DNA from: Acutalibacteraceae bacterium
Lineage (GTDB): Bacteria > Bacillota > Clostridia > Oscillospirales > Acutalibacteraceae
Assembly: GCA_045535505.1 (NCBI GenBank)
Contig: JAZSLU010000032.1
Coordinates: forward strand, 2,966 to 66,965
DNA: 64,000 nucleotides
Reading direction: 5' to 3'
Both the position numbers and the translations under genes were made by a program. Under the pieces are notes generated by a model that saw nothing but the letters and a program-made list of their open reading frames with translations, had not been told where the DNA came from and made no database searches. Shown piece after piece: positions 26,966 through 36,376 of this stretch (positions are counted from its first letter, which is position 1; every line of letters starts with the position of its first letter).

Positions 26966-28102
26966 ATGTTGATATATTTGGACAATGCTGCAACAAGCGG
27001 AAAAAAACCGCAAAGTGTGATAAATGCTGTTAGTAATGCATTAAAACAATATTCTGCAAACCCCGGCAGAAGTGGGCACACATTGTCGCTTAATGCTCAA
27101 GAACAGGTTTATTATTGCCGAAAAAAATGTGCCAAAATGTTTGGAGCAAAAGATGAGTCGGGTGTTGTTTTTACCAAAAACTGTACCGAAGCGCTGAATA
27201 TGGTAATAAAAGGTTGCACAAAAGTTGGCGACCACGTTGTAGTATCATCCTTTGAGCATAACTCTGTTATGCGACCGCTTGAACATCTAAAGCAGGCGGG
27301 AATTATAGATTATGATGTTGCGGAAGTTGTGTTTGACGACCAAGAGGCGACCGTAAGAGCTTTTGAGCGCTGCATTAAAAGCAATACAAAACTTGTTGTT
27401 TGCACACATGCATCAAATGTTTGCGGTGTTGTATTGCCCATAAAACAAATTGGTGAAATTTGTAGGAAAAAAGGTGTATTGTTTACAGTTGATGCAGCAC
27501 AGACGGCAGGTGTTATTGACATTGATATGACTGCTATGAATATTGATTTTTTGTGCATTGCTCCTCATAAAGGACTTTATGCGCCTATGGGAGTAGGATT
27601 GCTTATAGCTAATACCGAAATTGAAAAAACTATAATACAAGGCGGCACAGGGAGTGATTCGGCAAATTTGATTCAACAGGCAGTGTTGCCCGAAGGCTTT
27701 GAGAGCGGAACACTTAATGTGCCAGGAATTTGCGGTGTTTCGGCAGGAGTTGATTTTGTAAATAGTCTTACAATAAAGTCTATTCATCAAAAAGAAATGG
27801 CGGTTGCTCAAAAAATTTTTGAAAGACTTTGTTCGGTTAATAAAATTGTAATATATAACGATTTTTGTGCAAAAACAGATTGTGTGCCTGTTATACCTTT
27901 CAACGTAAGGGGTTGGCAGAGCGAGGATGTTTCAAGATATCTTGATAAAAACGGCATTGCTGTAAGAGCGGGACTTCATTGTGCACCGAGCGCTCATAAA
28001 AGGCTTGGAACGCTCGATATTGGTGCGGTTAGAGTTAGTCCATCGCTTTATAATTCGGTGCAAGATGCAGATGTTTTATATAGCGTATTAAAGAGAATAT
28101 AA
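26966..28102 (+). CDS. Class V aminotransferase-fold cysteine desulfurase / selenocysteine lyase-like enzyme
   Basis: 378 aa. PLP-lysine context IAPHKGL and active-site Cys context RAGLHCAPSAH. Confidence 0.85.
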   Translation: MLIYLDNAATSGKKPQSVINAVSNALKQYSANPGRSGHTLSLNAQEQVYYCRKKCAKMFGAKDESGVVFTKNCTEALNMVIKGCTKVGDHVVVSSFEHNSVMRPLEHLKQAGIIDYDVAEVVFDDQEATVRAFERCIKSNTKLVVCTHASNVCGVVLPIKQIGEICRKKGVLFTVDAAQTAGVIDIDMTAMNIDFLCIAPHKGLYAPMGVGLLIANTEIEKTIIQGGTGSDSANLIQQAVLPEGFESGTLNVPGICGVSAGVDFVNSLTIKSIHQKEMAVAQKIFERLCSVNKIVIYNDFCAKTDCVPVIPFNVRGWQSEDVSRYLDKNGIAVRAGLHCAPSAHKRLGTLDIGAVRVSPSLYNSVQDADVLYSVLKRI

Positions 28103-28178
28103 AAAAATTATAGAAATTATTCAAAATGTTCTTGATATTATTTATAAGTATGATAAAATAATAATATATTAATAAAAA

Positions 28179-29153
28179 ATGGTGGAAAAGGGTGTTGAAG
28201 TGAGCGGAATTTTTGCTGCAATTTCAAGTGCATGGACTGAAATCGTTTTTGCTATCGGCAATATCAGGTTTTTTGATATTGTTGATATACTTGTTGTTGC
28301 TTATGTTGTTTACAAGTGCATAGAATTGTTTAGAGAAACAAGGTCGGGTCAGTTGTTTAAAGGCATCGTGGCCTTGCTTATTTTGTATGTTTTTGCAAAT
28401 TGGTTTGATATGGTATCTGTTCGTTGGATACTGGTCAAGGTTTTTGAATATGGTATTATTGCGCTTGCAGTAATTTTCCAACCCGAAATCAGAAAAGCGC
28501 TTGAAAAGGTTGGCCGCTCAAACTGGGGCAAACTTGGAAGAAATCAATCTTTTGCCGACACAAACACAGAATTGCTTGTTGCCATTGATGCTGTATGTAA
28601 AGCGTGCGGCACCTTGCAAGAACAAAAAACAGGAGCGCTTATTGTTTTTGAAAAATCTTCATTACTGGGTGAAATTGTTGATACAGGTACAGTTTTAGAT
28701 GCTAAAGCATCACCGCAACTTTTATGTAATATTTTCTATTCAAAATCTCCTTTGCACGATGGTGCGGTTGTTTTACGTGAAGGCAGAGTTTCGGCTGCGG
28801 GTTGCATTCTTCCTCTAAGTTCAAATGAAAACATTGCATCACAGCTTGGTACAAGACACCGCGCAGCAATGGGTATGAGTGAAAATTCCGATGCCGTTGC
28901 AGTTGTTGTTTCAGAGGAAACCGGCGTAATTTCTTTGGCTGATACCGGTGTGCTCAAAAGAAACCTTACCCCGATCACCTTGAGAGAAACATTAAAAAAG
29001 AAAATTTTACCTGAAAACGAAAATGATACCGGCAAGACGGTTTTAGATGTAATTAATAAGACGAAGGATAAGATTAAAAATTATTTCAAGAAGGGGGCTA
29101 AGGCTGATGAGTCGGTTACAAAAGATATTGAAGATGCCGATAAGAACAATTAG
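28179..29153 (+). CDS. cdaA: Diadenylate cyclase CdaA (c-di-AMP synthase)
   Basis: N-terminal TM helices. DAC domain motifs PLHDGAVVL (DGA) and GTRHRAAMG (RHR). About 50 aa charged C-terminal tail. GTG 28199 is an alternative start. Confidence 0.9.
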   Translation: MVEKGVEVSGIFAAISSAWTEIVFAIGNIRFFDIVDILVVAYVVYKCIELFRETRSGQLFKGIVALLILYVFANWFDMVSVRWILVKVFEYGIIALAVIFQPEIRKALEKVGRSNWGKLGRNQSFADTNTELLVAIDAVCKACGTLQEQKTGALIVFEKSSLLGEIVDTGTVLDAKASPQLLCNIFYSKSPLHDGAVVLREGRVSAAGCILPLSSNENIASQLGTRHRAAMGMSENSDAVAVVVSEETGVISLADTGVLKRNLTPITLRETLKKKILPENENDTGKTVLDVINKTKDKIKNYFKKGAKADESVTKDIEDADKNN

Positions 29154-30396
29154 CATTTGGTTCCGCAAACTTCTTTATAATAAAAAGTTTACCATTCCGC
29201 TTGCAATTATTGTTGCATTTGGCGTTTGGCTTATCATCACCACACAGGAAAACCCAATAAGACAGCGCACATTAAGCGGTATTTCGGTAAGCATTGCGAC
29301 GGAGGATACCGTTATTGAGCAACTTGGACTTGATATTGTTTCGGGTGGATACGGACAGACGGTTGACGTTGTTGTTAAAGGTCCTAACTATATAGTTAAT
29401 TCGCTCACATCCGCCGATATACTTGTTCAGCCCGTTTTGTTGCAGGTGACATCGCCCGGCACATATGACCTTGAACTTACGGCTATACGAAACAGTTCGG
29501 TTTCGGGGTATTCTATCGTAAGAGTTAACCCGTCAAAAATTACGGTAAACTTTGACTATGTTGACACTAAAACATTTACTGTTATTCCGATGGCGGAAGG
29601 TGTTTCGGCTGAAGGAGGTCTTGTTGCAGAAGCGGCAGTTGTTCTCGATAATGAAAGCAAAACAATTTCTGTTAAAGGCGTACGCTCAGACGTTGAAAAG
29701 GTTGCAAGTGTTGTTGCAAAGGCTTCTGTCAGCGAGGTTATTGGCAAAACTACAAGTTATGATGCCGAAATTATTCTTTATGATGCTAACGGTAATATGC
29801 TTGACAATTCAAAATACACATTGTCTGCTGACAAGATTAAAATTGCTGTTCCTGTGTCGCGAAAAAAAGTTGTTAAGCTTCAACCGACCTTTGAAAATCA
29901 ACCTGCTGCGTTCAAGGATAACCCACTTGCATATACGTTGAGCGTTAATGAAGTTACTGTAATCGGGCCAAAAGAAACGGTTGATAATCTTGAGGCTATA
30001 GAGCTTTCTCCCATTGATTTTAATAAATTGACCAGCCAAACAAATGAATTTGAAACAACCGTTCGCTTGCCTGATGGTGTTCAACTTGTGGATAATGTTG
30101 ATACAGTTAACGTTCAAATTTCATTAAGGGGATATGATGATAAACTCATTAGGGTTTCACAATTCTCGTTTATTAATCCCGACAACGTTGTTGTGCATGG
30201 CGAGGCAATACAAAACGTTAGGATTTATGCTTCAAGAGCAACTCTTAGAAATGTGAATTCTTCGAATGTTTATGCTGAGGTTGATATTACAGGCATGCGT
30301 AGTGGCGAGTACAATATGAAGGTCACGATAAAATGCGCCGATTATGACGATGTATGGCAGGTTGGCGAATATACGGCTTCTGTTACAATTAGTTAA
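29134..30396 (+). CDS. cdaR: CdaA regulator CdaR (YbbR-domain protein)
   Basis: An N-terminal TM helix followed by repeated beta-rich YbbR-like segments. Its position overlapping the cdaA 3' end is typical. The frame is open from 29107. Confidence 0.8.
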   Translation: MPIRTISIWFRKLLYNKKFTIPLAIIVAFGVWLIITTQENPIRQRTLSGISVSIATEDTVIEQLGLDIVSGGYGQTVDVVVKGPNYIVNSLTSADILVQPVLLQVTSPGTYDLELTAIRNSSVSGYSIVRVNPSKITVNFDYVDTKTFTVIPMAEGVSAEGGLVAEAAVVLDNESKTISVKGVRSDVEKVASVVAKASVSEVIGKTTSYDAEIILYDANGNMLDNSKYTLSADKIKIAVPVSRKKVVKLQPTFENQPAAFKDNPLAYTLSVNEVTVIGPKETVDNLEAIELSPIDFNKLTSQTNEFETTVRLPDGVQLVDNVDTVNVQISLRGYDDKLIRVSQFSFINPDNVVVHGEAIQNVRIYASRATLRNVNSSNVYAEVDITGMRSGEYNMKVTIKCADYDDVWQVGEYTASVTIS

Positions 30397-30408
30397 ACGG
30401 TTTTGACA

Positions 30409-30443
30409 TCGGTCCGAGAGTTAGTTTATTGCTTTCGGACCGA
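30409..30443 (+). terminator. Weak hairpin after cdaR
   Basis: TCGGTCCG / CGGACCGA stem with a 19-nt loop. The T-run is displaced (ATATTTTT). Confidence 0.3.
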
Positions 30444-30507
30444 AAACATATTTTTAGGCTGTCACAAGTTGGTTTTATCGCATAAACTGTGTTGAGGTGA
30501 TAAAACG

Positions 30508-30879
30508 ATGTGGGAAATATTTTTGTTTTTTTGTGTGCTGATTTTATCTTTGATTGGTTTGTGTGAAATATTGCATAGGTTATGGATGCTTATCTTAAAA
30601 CCCAAAACCGATGCACAAAAGTTTTTGATTTTGTTGTTAAAAGATGAAAATGCACAGCAACAGCTTAATTTTGCTCAAGAGCATTTGCGTTGGGCGGGAA
30701 AAGAATGTGCAAATGGCATTATTGCCGTTGATTGCGGATTGAAGAAAAAACCAAAGATTGTTTGTAACGGAGATTGCCGACAATGTAATAGCACAAAAAT
30801 TTTCACTTATGATGAAATTTTACAAATGGTAAAAAGGGAGAATGTTTTTAATGACACAGACTCCGCAAAACAACTGTGA
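30508..30879 (+). CDS. Hypothetical membrane-anchored protein (123 aa)
   Basis: GAGGTGA lies 7 nt upstream of the ATG. N-terminal TM helix MWEIFLFFCVLILSLIGLCEIL. C-terminal CxxxCxxC-like cysteines (CNGDCRQC). The 3' end overlaps the recD2 start. Confidence 0.5.
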   Translation: MWEIFLFFCVLILSLIGLCEILHRLWMLILKPKTDAQKFLILLLKDENAQQQLNFAQEHLRWAGKECANGIIAVDCGLKKKPKIVCNGDCRQCNSTKIFTYDEILQMVKRENVFNDTDSAKQL

Positions 30880-33064
30880 TACAATTCATGGTACGGTCGA
30901 AAAAATTACATATAAAAATACGGCTAACGCTTTCACGGTTATAATACTGTCCACTATTGATGCCGATATATGCGCAGTGGGCAGTATGCCTTTTATTAAC
31001 GAGGGTGACGAGGTAACCTTAGAGGGCGAGTTTATTGTGCATTCAACATACGGTGAACAGTTTAAGGTTTCAAGGTGTGAGCGTTGTGCTCCCTCAACTG
31101 CGGCGGCGATATTGCGATATCTTTCAAGCGGTTCGATAAAAGGTGTGGGTCCTGCAACCGCCACAAAAATTGTTGAGCGTTTTGGTGATAAGGCACTTGA
31201 GGTTATTGAAAACGATCCCAATAGTCTTACGGTTATACGCGGTATTTCTGCCGAAAAAGCGCATAATATTTCAGCTTCATATAAGCAACAGTTTGGCATA
31301 CGTGATTTAATGGTGTATTTATCACGCTTTAAGGTTTCGCCTGAAAAGGCAATTAAAATTTATAACTCTCTTGGTTCAAATGCGATTGAGCATATTGAAA
31401 AAAATCCGTACATTATTTGTGGACTTGACCATGATATGCCGTTTGAGTTGTGTGAACAGATTGCAGAATATCTTGAATTACCGCAAGATTTTTATGAGCG
31501 CATTCTTGCTGGAGTTATGTATGTTTTAACCCATAATTTAGGTAACGGGCACACTTGTTTGCCCGAAGAAAAGCTTGTACAGGCGGCATCAAGACTGCTT
31601 GGATGTGATAGTGAAACTGCACTTTCGGCTTGTTCTGAATTAGTGCTTGGAATGAGGTTGAAAGCCAAAATTATTGATGGTGTTAAATTTATTTTTTTGC
31701 CAAAAATGTATGATGCTGAACAATATATTGCCGCAAGGCTTACCTCAATAATGAATAATAATATGCAAATTAATGCGGTTTATGATTTGGAAATTGAACG
31801 CATTGAGAATATGTTTTCAATAAAGTACGACCAAAATCAGCGCGAGGCAATATCTGCGGCTCTTTCTTGCAATATTCTTGTTTTAACAGGTGGACCAGGC
31901 ACAGGGAAAACGACAACCTTGAACGGTATTATAACCTTGCTTGAGGGTCAAGGGAAAAATGTTGTTCTTGCTGCACCCACAGGTAGAGCGGCAAAACGTA
32001 TGACCGAGCTTACAGGCAGAGAGGCGAAAACCATCCATCGCTTACTTGAAGCAGGATGGGATAATGGTAATGTTGTTTTCTGTAAAAATGAAATGAATCA
32101 GCTTGTCGGTGACGTGTTTATTATTGACGAGATGTCAATGGTTGATGTTTTGCTTTTTGAAAACTTTTTACGTGCGGTTAAACCTAACGCAAGAATAATT
32201 TTAGTGGGAGATTCTGACCAGTTGCCAAGCGTTGGTGCAGGTAATATTCTTTATGATATAATTGCATCTGACAGATTGCCGTGCATTAGGTTAAATAAGG
32301 TGTTTAGACAAGCCTTGCAGAGCCTTATAATAACAAATTCACATAAGATTATTAATGGGGATTATCCCGATATATCACGCAAAGACGGCGATTTTTTTGT
32401 TATTGATTGCCGTGATAGTTTTGAAGCAGTCAGCAAGGTTGTTGACTTATGTGTTGAACGTTTGCCTGCAGCATATGGCTTTTCACCCTTGAGTGACATA
32501 CAGGTGCTTTGTCCGTCAAAAGTTGCCGATTTAGGTACAAAAAACCTCAACTCGCAGTTGCAAAATAGAATTAATCCTATGAAAAGCAATGTGCCGAGGG
32601 TTAGCGTTAACGGAATGTATATGATTGAAGGGGATAAGGTTATCCAAACCCGCAATAATTACGATGTAATGTGGGCCAAAGATAACGGCACCGAGGACAG
32701 CGGCGTTTATAATGGCGATATTGGTATTATTGAAAAAATTGACAAAGCAATGGGAACGGTGAAGGTGCGATTTGATGACCGCGTTGCCACATATACAACC
32801 GAGGACGTGCTTGACTTAGAACCAGCTTATGCTATAACCGTGCACAAAAGTCAAGGAAGCGAGTTCGAATGCGTTGTGCTTCCGTTGTTTGATACGCCAA
32901 AAAAACTATGTTATCGTAATCTGCTTTATACTGCCGTTACACGTGCAAAAAAATTGCTTGTAGTTGTAGGACGGCACGAGGTTATGTACGGCATGGTTGA
33001 TAATTCAACCCGTGCTTTAAGATATACCTCACTGGGTACAGCGATTAAAGAAAAGATGTTATGA
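30851..33064 (+). CDS. recD2: RecD2-type SF1B DNA helicase
   Basis: Walker A GGPGTGKTT, FIIDEMSMVD, VGDSDQLPSVG and a C-terminal YAITVHKSQGSE motif. ATG 30842 is also possible. Confidence 0.9.
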   Translation: MTQTPQNNCDTIHGTVEKITYKNTANAFTVIILSTIDADICAVGSMPFINEGDEVTLEGEFIVHSTYGEQFKVSRCERCAPSTAAAILRYLSSGSIKGVGPATATKIVERFGDKALEVIENDPNSLTVIRGISAEKAHNISASYKQQFGIRDLMVYLSRFKVSPEKAIKIYNSLGSNAIEHIEKNPYIICGLDHDMPFELCEQIAEYLELPQDFYERILAGVMYVLTHNLGNGHTCLPEEKLVQAASRLLGCDSETALSACSELVLGMRLKAKIIDGVKFIFLPKMYDAEQYIAARLTSIMNNNMQINAVYDLEIERIENMFSIKYDQNQREAISAALSCNILVLTGGPGTGKTTTLNGIITLLEGQGKNVVLAAPTGRAAKRMTELTGREAKTIHRLLEAGWDNGNVVFCKNEMNQLVGDVFIIDEMSMVDVLLFENFLRAVKPNARIILVGDSDQLPSVGAGNILYDIIASDRLPCIRLNKVFRQALQSLIITNSHKIINGDYPDISRKDGDFFVIDCRDSFEAVSKVVDLCVERLPAAYGFSPLSDIQVLCPSKVADLGTKNLNSQLQNRINPMKSNVPRVSVNGMYMIEGDKVIQTRNNYDVMWAKDNGTEDSGVYNGDIGIIEKIDKAMGTVKVRFDDRVATYTTEDVLDLEPAYAITVHKSQGSEFECVVLPLFDTPKKLCYRNLLYTAVTRAKKLLVVVGRHEVMYGMVDNSTRALRYTSLGTAIKEKML

Positions 33065-33780
33065 TTAAATTTAAAAGTTTTGTTCAAAAATTATCAAGGG
33101 TATTTTATCCCAAGAGATGTGTTTATTGCGGAAAGTTAATTAATGATGGAATGCTTTGCAAAGACTGCGACAACATTGAGCGTATAACAGTAAAGGTTTG
33201 TGATAAGTGTGGACTTATAAAGCAACTGTGCGATTGCAAAAGAAACGCTTTTCATTTTGACGGTATGGTAGGTGTGTTTTATAACACGGGAAAAGCGCAA
33301 GAAATTGTTTACAAGTTTAAAAACCTTGCCGATACCGATACTGCCGATTTTATTGCTGTCAATATTGCAAAACGCATTGAGGACAAGTTGCCCGAAATTA
33401 AATTTGGTGCGGTATGTGCCGTTCCTATGCGTGCTTTCAAGAAGTTTAAGCGTGGATACAATCAATCCGACTTGATTGCAAAGAGAGTTGCAAAAATTCT
33501 TAATGTACCTTATTATCCAAACGCATTAACAAAAATTAAAAAGGGTGAGGTTCAACATAGCCTTAAATATGAAGGACGATTTAATAACGTGCGCCGTATG
33601 TATAAGGTTAATATGAGGTTTGATAATATGAAGGTATTAATTATTGATGATATTAGAACTTCAGGTGCAACCTTTGACGAATGTGCAAGAATTATAAAAA
33701 GAGCGGGTGCAAACTGTGTTATTGCTGCATCTGCCTTGGTATATACGCAGAATTATATTGAAAAAGCGTACAAAAATTGA
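33061..33780 (+). CDS. comFC: ComF family protein (ComFC, PRTase-like)
   Basis: N-terminal double CxxC zinc finger (CVYCGK...CKDC...CDKCG) and PRTase motif VLIIDDIRTSGAT. ATGA overlap with recD2. Confidence 0.8.
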   Translation: MIKFKSFVQKLSRVFYPKRCVYCGKLINDGMLCKDCDNIERITVKVCDKCGLIKQLCDCKRNAFHFDGMVGVFYNTGKAQEIVYKFKNLADTDTADFIAVNIAKRIEDKLPEIKFGAVCAVPMRAFKKFKRGYNQSDLIAKRVAKILNVPYYPNALTKIKKGEVQHSLKYEGRFNNVRRMYKVNMRFDNMKVLIIDDIRTSGATFDECARIIKRAGANCVIAASALVYTQNYIEKAYKN

Positions 33781-33815
33781 TATACTTTATTTAATAAATT
33801 TGTGTGGTGAATTTT

Positions 33816-34838
33816 ATGACGACAGATATAGCCTTAGATATGGGCTCTACAAAAACTGTTATTATGTCAGGTAAACGTGTTATTTTAGAGTTGCCCAGTG
33901 TTGTTACGGTTGATAGTGATACTTGGGAACCCGTGTATTTTGGCATGGATGCCGAGCGCACTTTGGGACGTACGCCTGATAGCTTGGTTTCGGTTTTTCC
34001 TATTGTTAAGGGTGTTTTGTCTGAATATGAAACGGCTGAATCTATGCTTAAGGTTTACATGAAAAAAGCTTTTGGCAATCGTGTTATAAGACCAAATGTT
34101 ATGGCCACTTTGCCAACCGGTGTTACCGAAATTCAGCACCATGCACTTGCTTCAGCTATTGAGGCGGCAGGCGGAAGAAACGTAAGCATTATTGAATCGC
34201 CATTGGCGGCTGCATTGGCACTTGGTATTGATTTCACCAAACCTTCGGGTAGTATGGTGGTTGATATCGGTGCTGGCTCTACTGATATTGCAACACTTTC
34301 TATGGGCGGCATTGCAGAATGTGATAGTTTTAAAGTTGCGTCTAACGATTTTGACGATTTAATTGCAAAACATATTAAAAAAGAACGAAATATTATTATT
34401 GGTCCACAAACCGCCAGGAATATTAAAGAGCAAATAGGTTCGGTGTTTATGCGCCCTGTTGAAGTGGCGTTGACCATTAAGGGACGCAATATTTTTACCG
34501 GCTTGCCCGAAACAACAGAGATTACCTCAAATGAGGTGTGCGGCGCCATTTCGGAAGCGGCACAGTCTATATGCAATGCCGTACGTGTTGTTATTGAGCG
34601 TACAGACCCCGATTTAGTTGGGGATATTCATACTGACGGAATCCATCTTTGCGGCGGTGGCAGTCTTATTTATGGAATGGACAACATGCTGTCCGAGTAT
34701 CTTGGAGTTAAGGTTACAAGGGCAGAGGACCCTGCGCACACAGTTGCGAAAGGCGCAGCATATGCACAAAGACATAAAAAACTGCTTGAAAATGTAGATT
34801 TTAGGTTTAGGTCAATAAAAGAACTTGTTGTTGAATAA
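33816..34838 (+). CDS. MreB/Mbl-family actin-like protein (divergent, not linked to mreCD)
   Basis: Actin-fold phosphate loops DIALDMGSTKT and VVDIGAGSTDI, plus LCGGGSLIYG. GGTGA lies 5 nt before ATG 33816. Confidence 0.8.
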   Translation: MTTDIALDMGSTKTVIMSGKRVILELPSVVTVDSDTWEPVYFGMDAERTLGRTPDSLVSVFPIVKGVLSEYETAESMLKVYMKKAFGNRVIRPNVMATLPTGVTEIQHHALASAIEAAGGRNVSIIESPLAAALALGIDFTKPSGSMVVDIGAGSTDIATLSMGGIAECDSFKVASNDFDDLIAKHIKKERNIIIGPQTARNIKEQIGSVFMRPVEVALTIKGRNIFTGLPETTEITSNEVCGAISEAAQSICNAVRVVIERTDPDLVGDIHTDGIHLCGGGSLIYGMDNMLSEYLGVKVTRAEDPAHTVAKGAAYAQRHKKLLENVDFRFRSIKELVVE

Positions 34839-34859
34839 AACTTTTGTATAAACAGATGA

Positions 34860-34893
34860 AAAAAGATGCGCAAATTAATACGCATCTTTTTTT
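34860..34893 (+). terminator. Rho-independent terminator after the mreB-like gene
   Basis: AGATGCG-loop-CGCATCT followed by TTTTTTT. Confidence 0.8.
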
Positions 34894-34936
34894 GTTGCTA
34901 TTTAGTTGAAAAAATCTATTGTTTTTACCGAGAAAA

Positions 34937-34983
34937 TAACAAATTCGTACAATTATATTGTTAAATTAACAAATTTGTACAAT
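34937..34983 (+). promoter_or_regulatory. Two copies of a 17-bp motif, TAACAAATT(C/T)GTACAAT, 30 bp apart: candidate operator upstream of the 11-gene operon
   Basis: Copies at 34937-34953 and 34967-34983 differ at one position. The second contains the perfect palindrome TTGTACAA. Confidence 0.4.
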
Positions 34984-35008
34984 GTTATGTGAAAATTGAT
35001 TTTTTATC

Positions 35009-35037
35009 TTGTCTTTGAAACGCTTAAATAATATAAT
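35009..35037 (+). promoter_or_regulatory. Candidate sigma-A promoter of the citD-etfA operon
   Basis: TTGTCT (35009-35014), 17-nt spacer, TATAAT (35032-35037). Further TATAAT-like hexamers follow at 35043-35055, so the exact promoter is uncertain. Confidence 0.35.
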
Positions 35038-35070
35038 TTATATATAATGTATAATGAGATACATATTATA

Positions 35071-35088
35071 GTTTACTCGATTGTAAAC
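35071..35088. promoter_or_regulatory. Inverted repeat GTTTAC-N6-GTAAAC in the operon leader
   Basis: Perfect 6-bp arms seen at 35071-35076 and 35083-35088, downstream of the candidate promoter. Confidence 0.3.
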
Positions 35089-35180
35089 AATTTCTAATCG
35101 TGGTTATACAACTATTAGAACATTAAGCGATTTTGCATCAAGTGTTATTGAACAAATTTTACAAAAAGGTGTGGATGTTG

Positions 35181-35477
35181 ATGGAAATTAAACAGGCAGC
35201 AATAGTAGGAACGCTTGAATCAAGCGATATCCAAATTAGTATTTCGCCAAATCAAGGTAAAGGCATTCAAATTCAATTACAAAGTATTGTTAAGTCTCAG
35301 TTTGGAGATTCCATTATTGCTACTATGACCGAAGTTATAGAATCTTTTGGTATAAAAGATGCTTTAGTGGATGCTGTTGACAGAGGCGCTTTAGATTGGG
35401 TAATTCGTGCGAGAATGCAAGCCGCTTGTTGCGCTGCTATGGGCAAGCAATTTGATTGGAAAGGGGAGGATAAGTAA
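35181..35477 (+). CDS. citD: Citrate-lyase-type acyl carrier protein (gamma subunit)
   Basis: 98 aa. MEIKQAAIVGTLESSDIQISI has Ser14 in the GTLES context, the prosthetic-group attachment site in CitD. DRGALDWVIRAR matches the CitD C-terminal region. The ORF-track N-terminal extension from 35133 is probably not translated. Confidence 0.85.
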   Translation: MEIKQAAIVGTLESSDIQISISPNQGKGIQIQLQSIVKSQFGDSIIATMTEVIESFGIKDALVDAVDRGALDWVIRARMQAACCAAMGKQFDWKGEDK

Positions 35478-36376
35478 TGCAAACTGCAAAACTTAAAAGA
35501 ACCTCTTTGTATGTTAGTGGCGCAAGTCCCATTAACATGATACAAGCTTCATTTTATAATGAAGATTGTCTGGTTTATGATCTGGAAGATTCTGTTCCAA
35601 ATTCGGAAAAGGATGCTGCGCGTTTGCTTGTGTACAATACCGTACGTTATCATAGACCTCCCAATAAATATGTTATTATTCGCGTTAACGGCATATATTC
35701 TGAGTACATAGATGAAGATTTAGAGGCTGCCGTTCGTGCTAACCCTGATGCAATTCGAATTCCTAAGGTAGAATATAAAGAAGAGGTTGTTCGCATTTGT
35801 AAGCGCATTACCGAAATTGAAGAAGCTGCCGGTATGGAAATTGGAAAAATTGAGGTGTGGTGTAACATTGAGTCTTATTTAGGCTTGATTAACGCATACG
35901 ACATTGCAACTGCAGACTCACGTGTTGTAGCACTTGCATTAGGTGCTGAAGATTTTACTGCAAGTATGAAATCACATCGTACGAAAGCAGGTCTTGAAAT
36001 TTTTTATGCCAGAAACGCCTTGCTTACAGCTTGCCGACACGCCGGTGTTGAAGCTATTGATGCAGTGTTTTCCGACATTAATGATGTTGAGGGCTTAAAA
36101 GAAGATACTACACTTACTCGCAACTTGGGTTTTGACGGTAAAACCTGCGTTCATCCAAGACAAATTGATATTGTTAATTCTTTCTTTACACCAAGCGCAA
36201 AAGAAATTAAATATGCTTTACGTGTATTAAAAGCGGTTGAAGAAGGAAAACAGCAAAGAAAAGGCGCTGTTACTCTTGACGGTAGTATGATTGATAAGCC
36301 GATGGAGTTGCGAGCAAGAACAACCTTGGCACAAGCTGAGGCAGCAGGAATTGATTTAGGGGAGGAGTTACTATGA
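35477..36376 (+). CDS. citE: Citrate-lyase beta subunit-like (citryl/citramalyl-ACP lyase, HpcH/HpaI fold)
   Basis: 299 aa. LRRS-like start (LKRTSLYVSG), then DLEDSV, ALGAEDF, GFDGK..HPRQI, collinear with CitE as I remember it. TAATG overlap with citD. Confidence 0.85.
   Translation: MQTAKLKRTSLYVSGASPINMIQASFYNEDCLVYDLEDSVPNSEKDAARLLVYNTVRYHRPPNKYVIIRVNGIYSEYIDEDLEAAVRANPDAIRIPKVEYKEEVVRICKRITEIEEAAGMEIGKIEVWCNIESYLGLINAYDIATADSRVVALALGAEDFTASMKSHRTKAGLEIFYARNALLTACRHAGVEAIDAVFSDINDVEGLKEDTTLTRNLGFDGKTCVHPRQIDIVNSFFTPSAKEIKYALRVLKAVEEGKQQRKGAVTLDGSMIDKPMELRARTTLAQAEAAGIDLGEELL

Noticed and set aside
35133-35180. N-terminal extensions suggested by the ORF track for citD (35133), the orphan gene (37799), the FAD oxidase (42850), etfA (45154), ybeY (15397), tmcAL (to 47583), rpsL (62329) and rpsG (62871).
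   Set aside because: In each case an internal start has a properly spaced SD and yields the conserved family N-terminus. The extensions overlap upstream genes or terminators.
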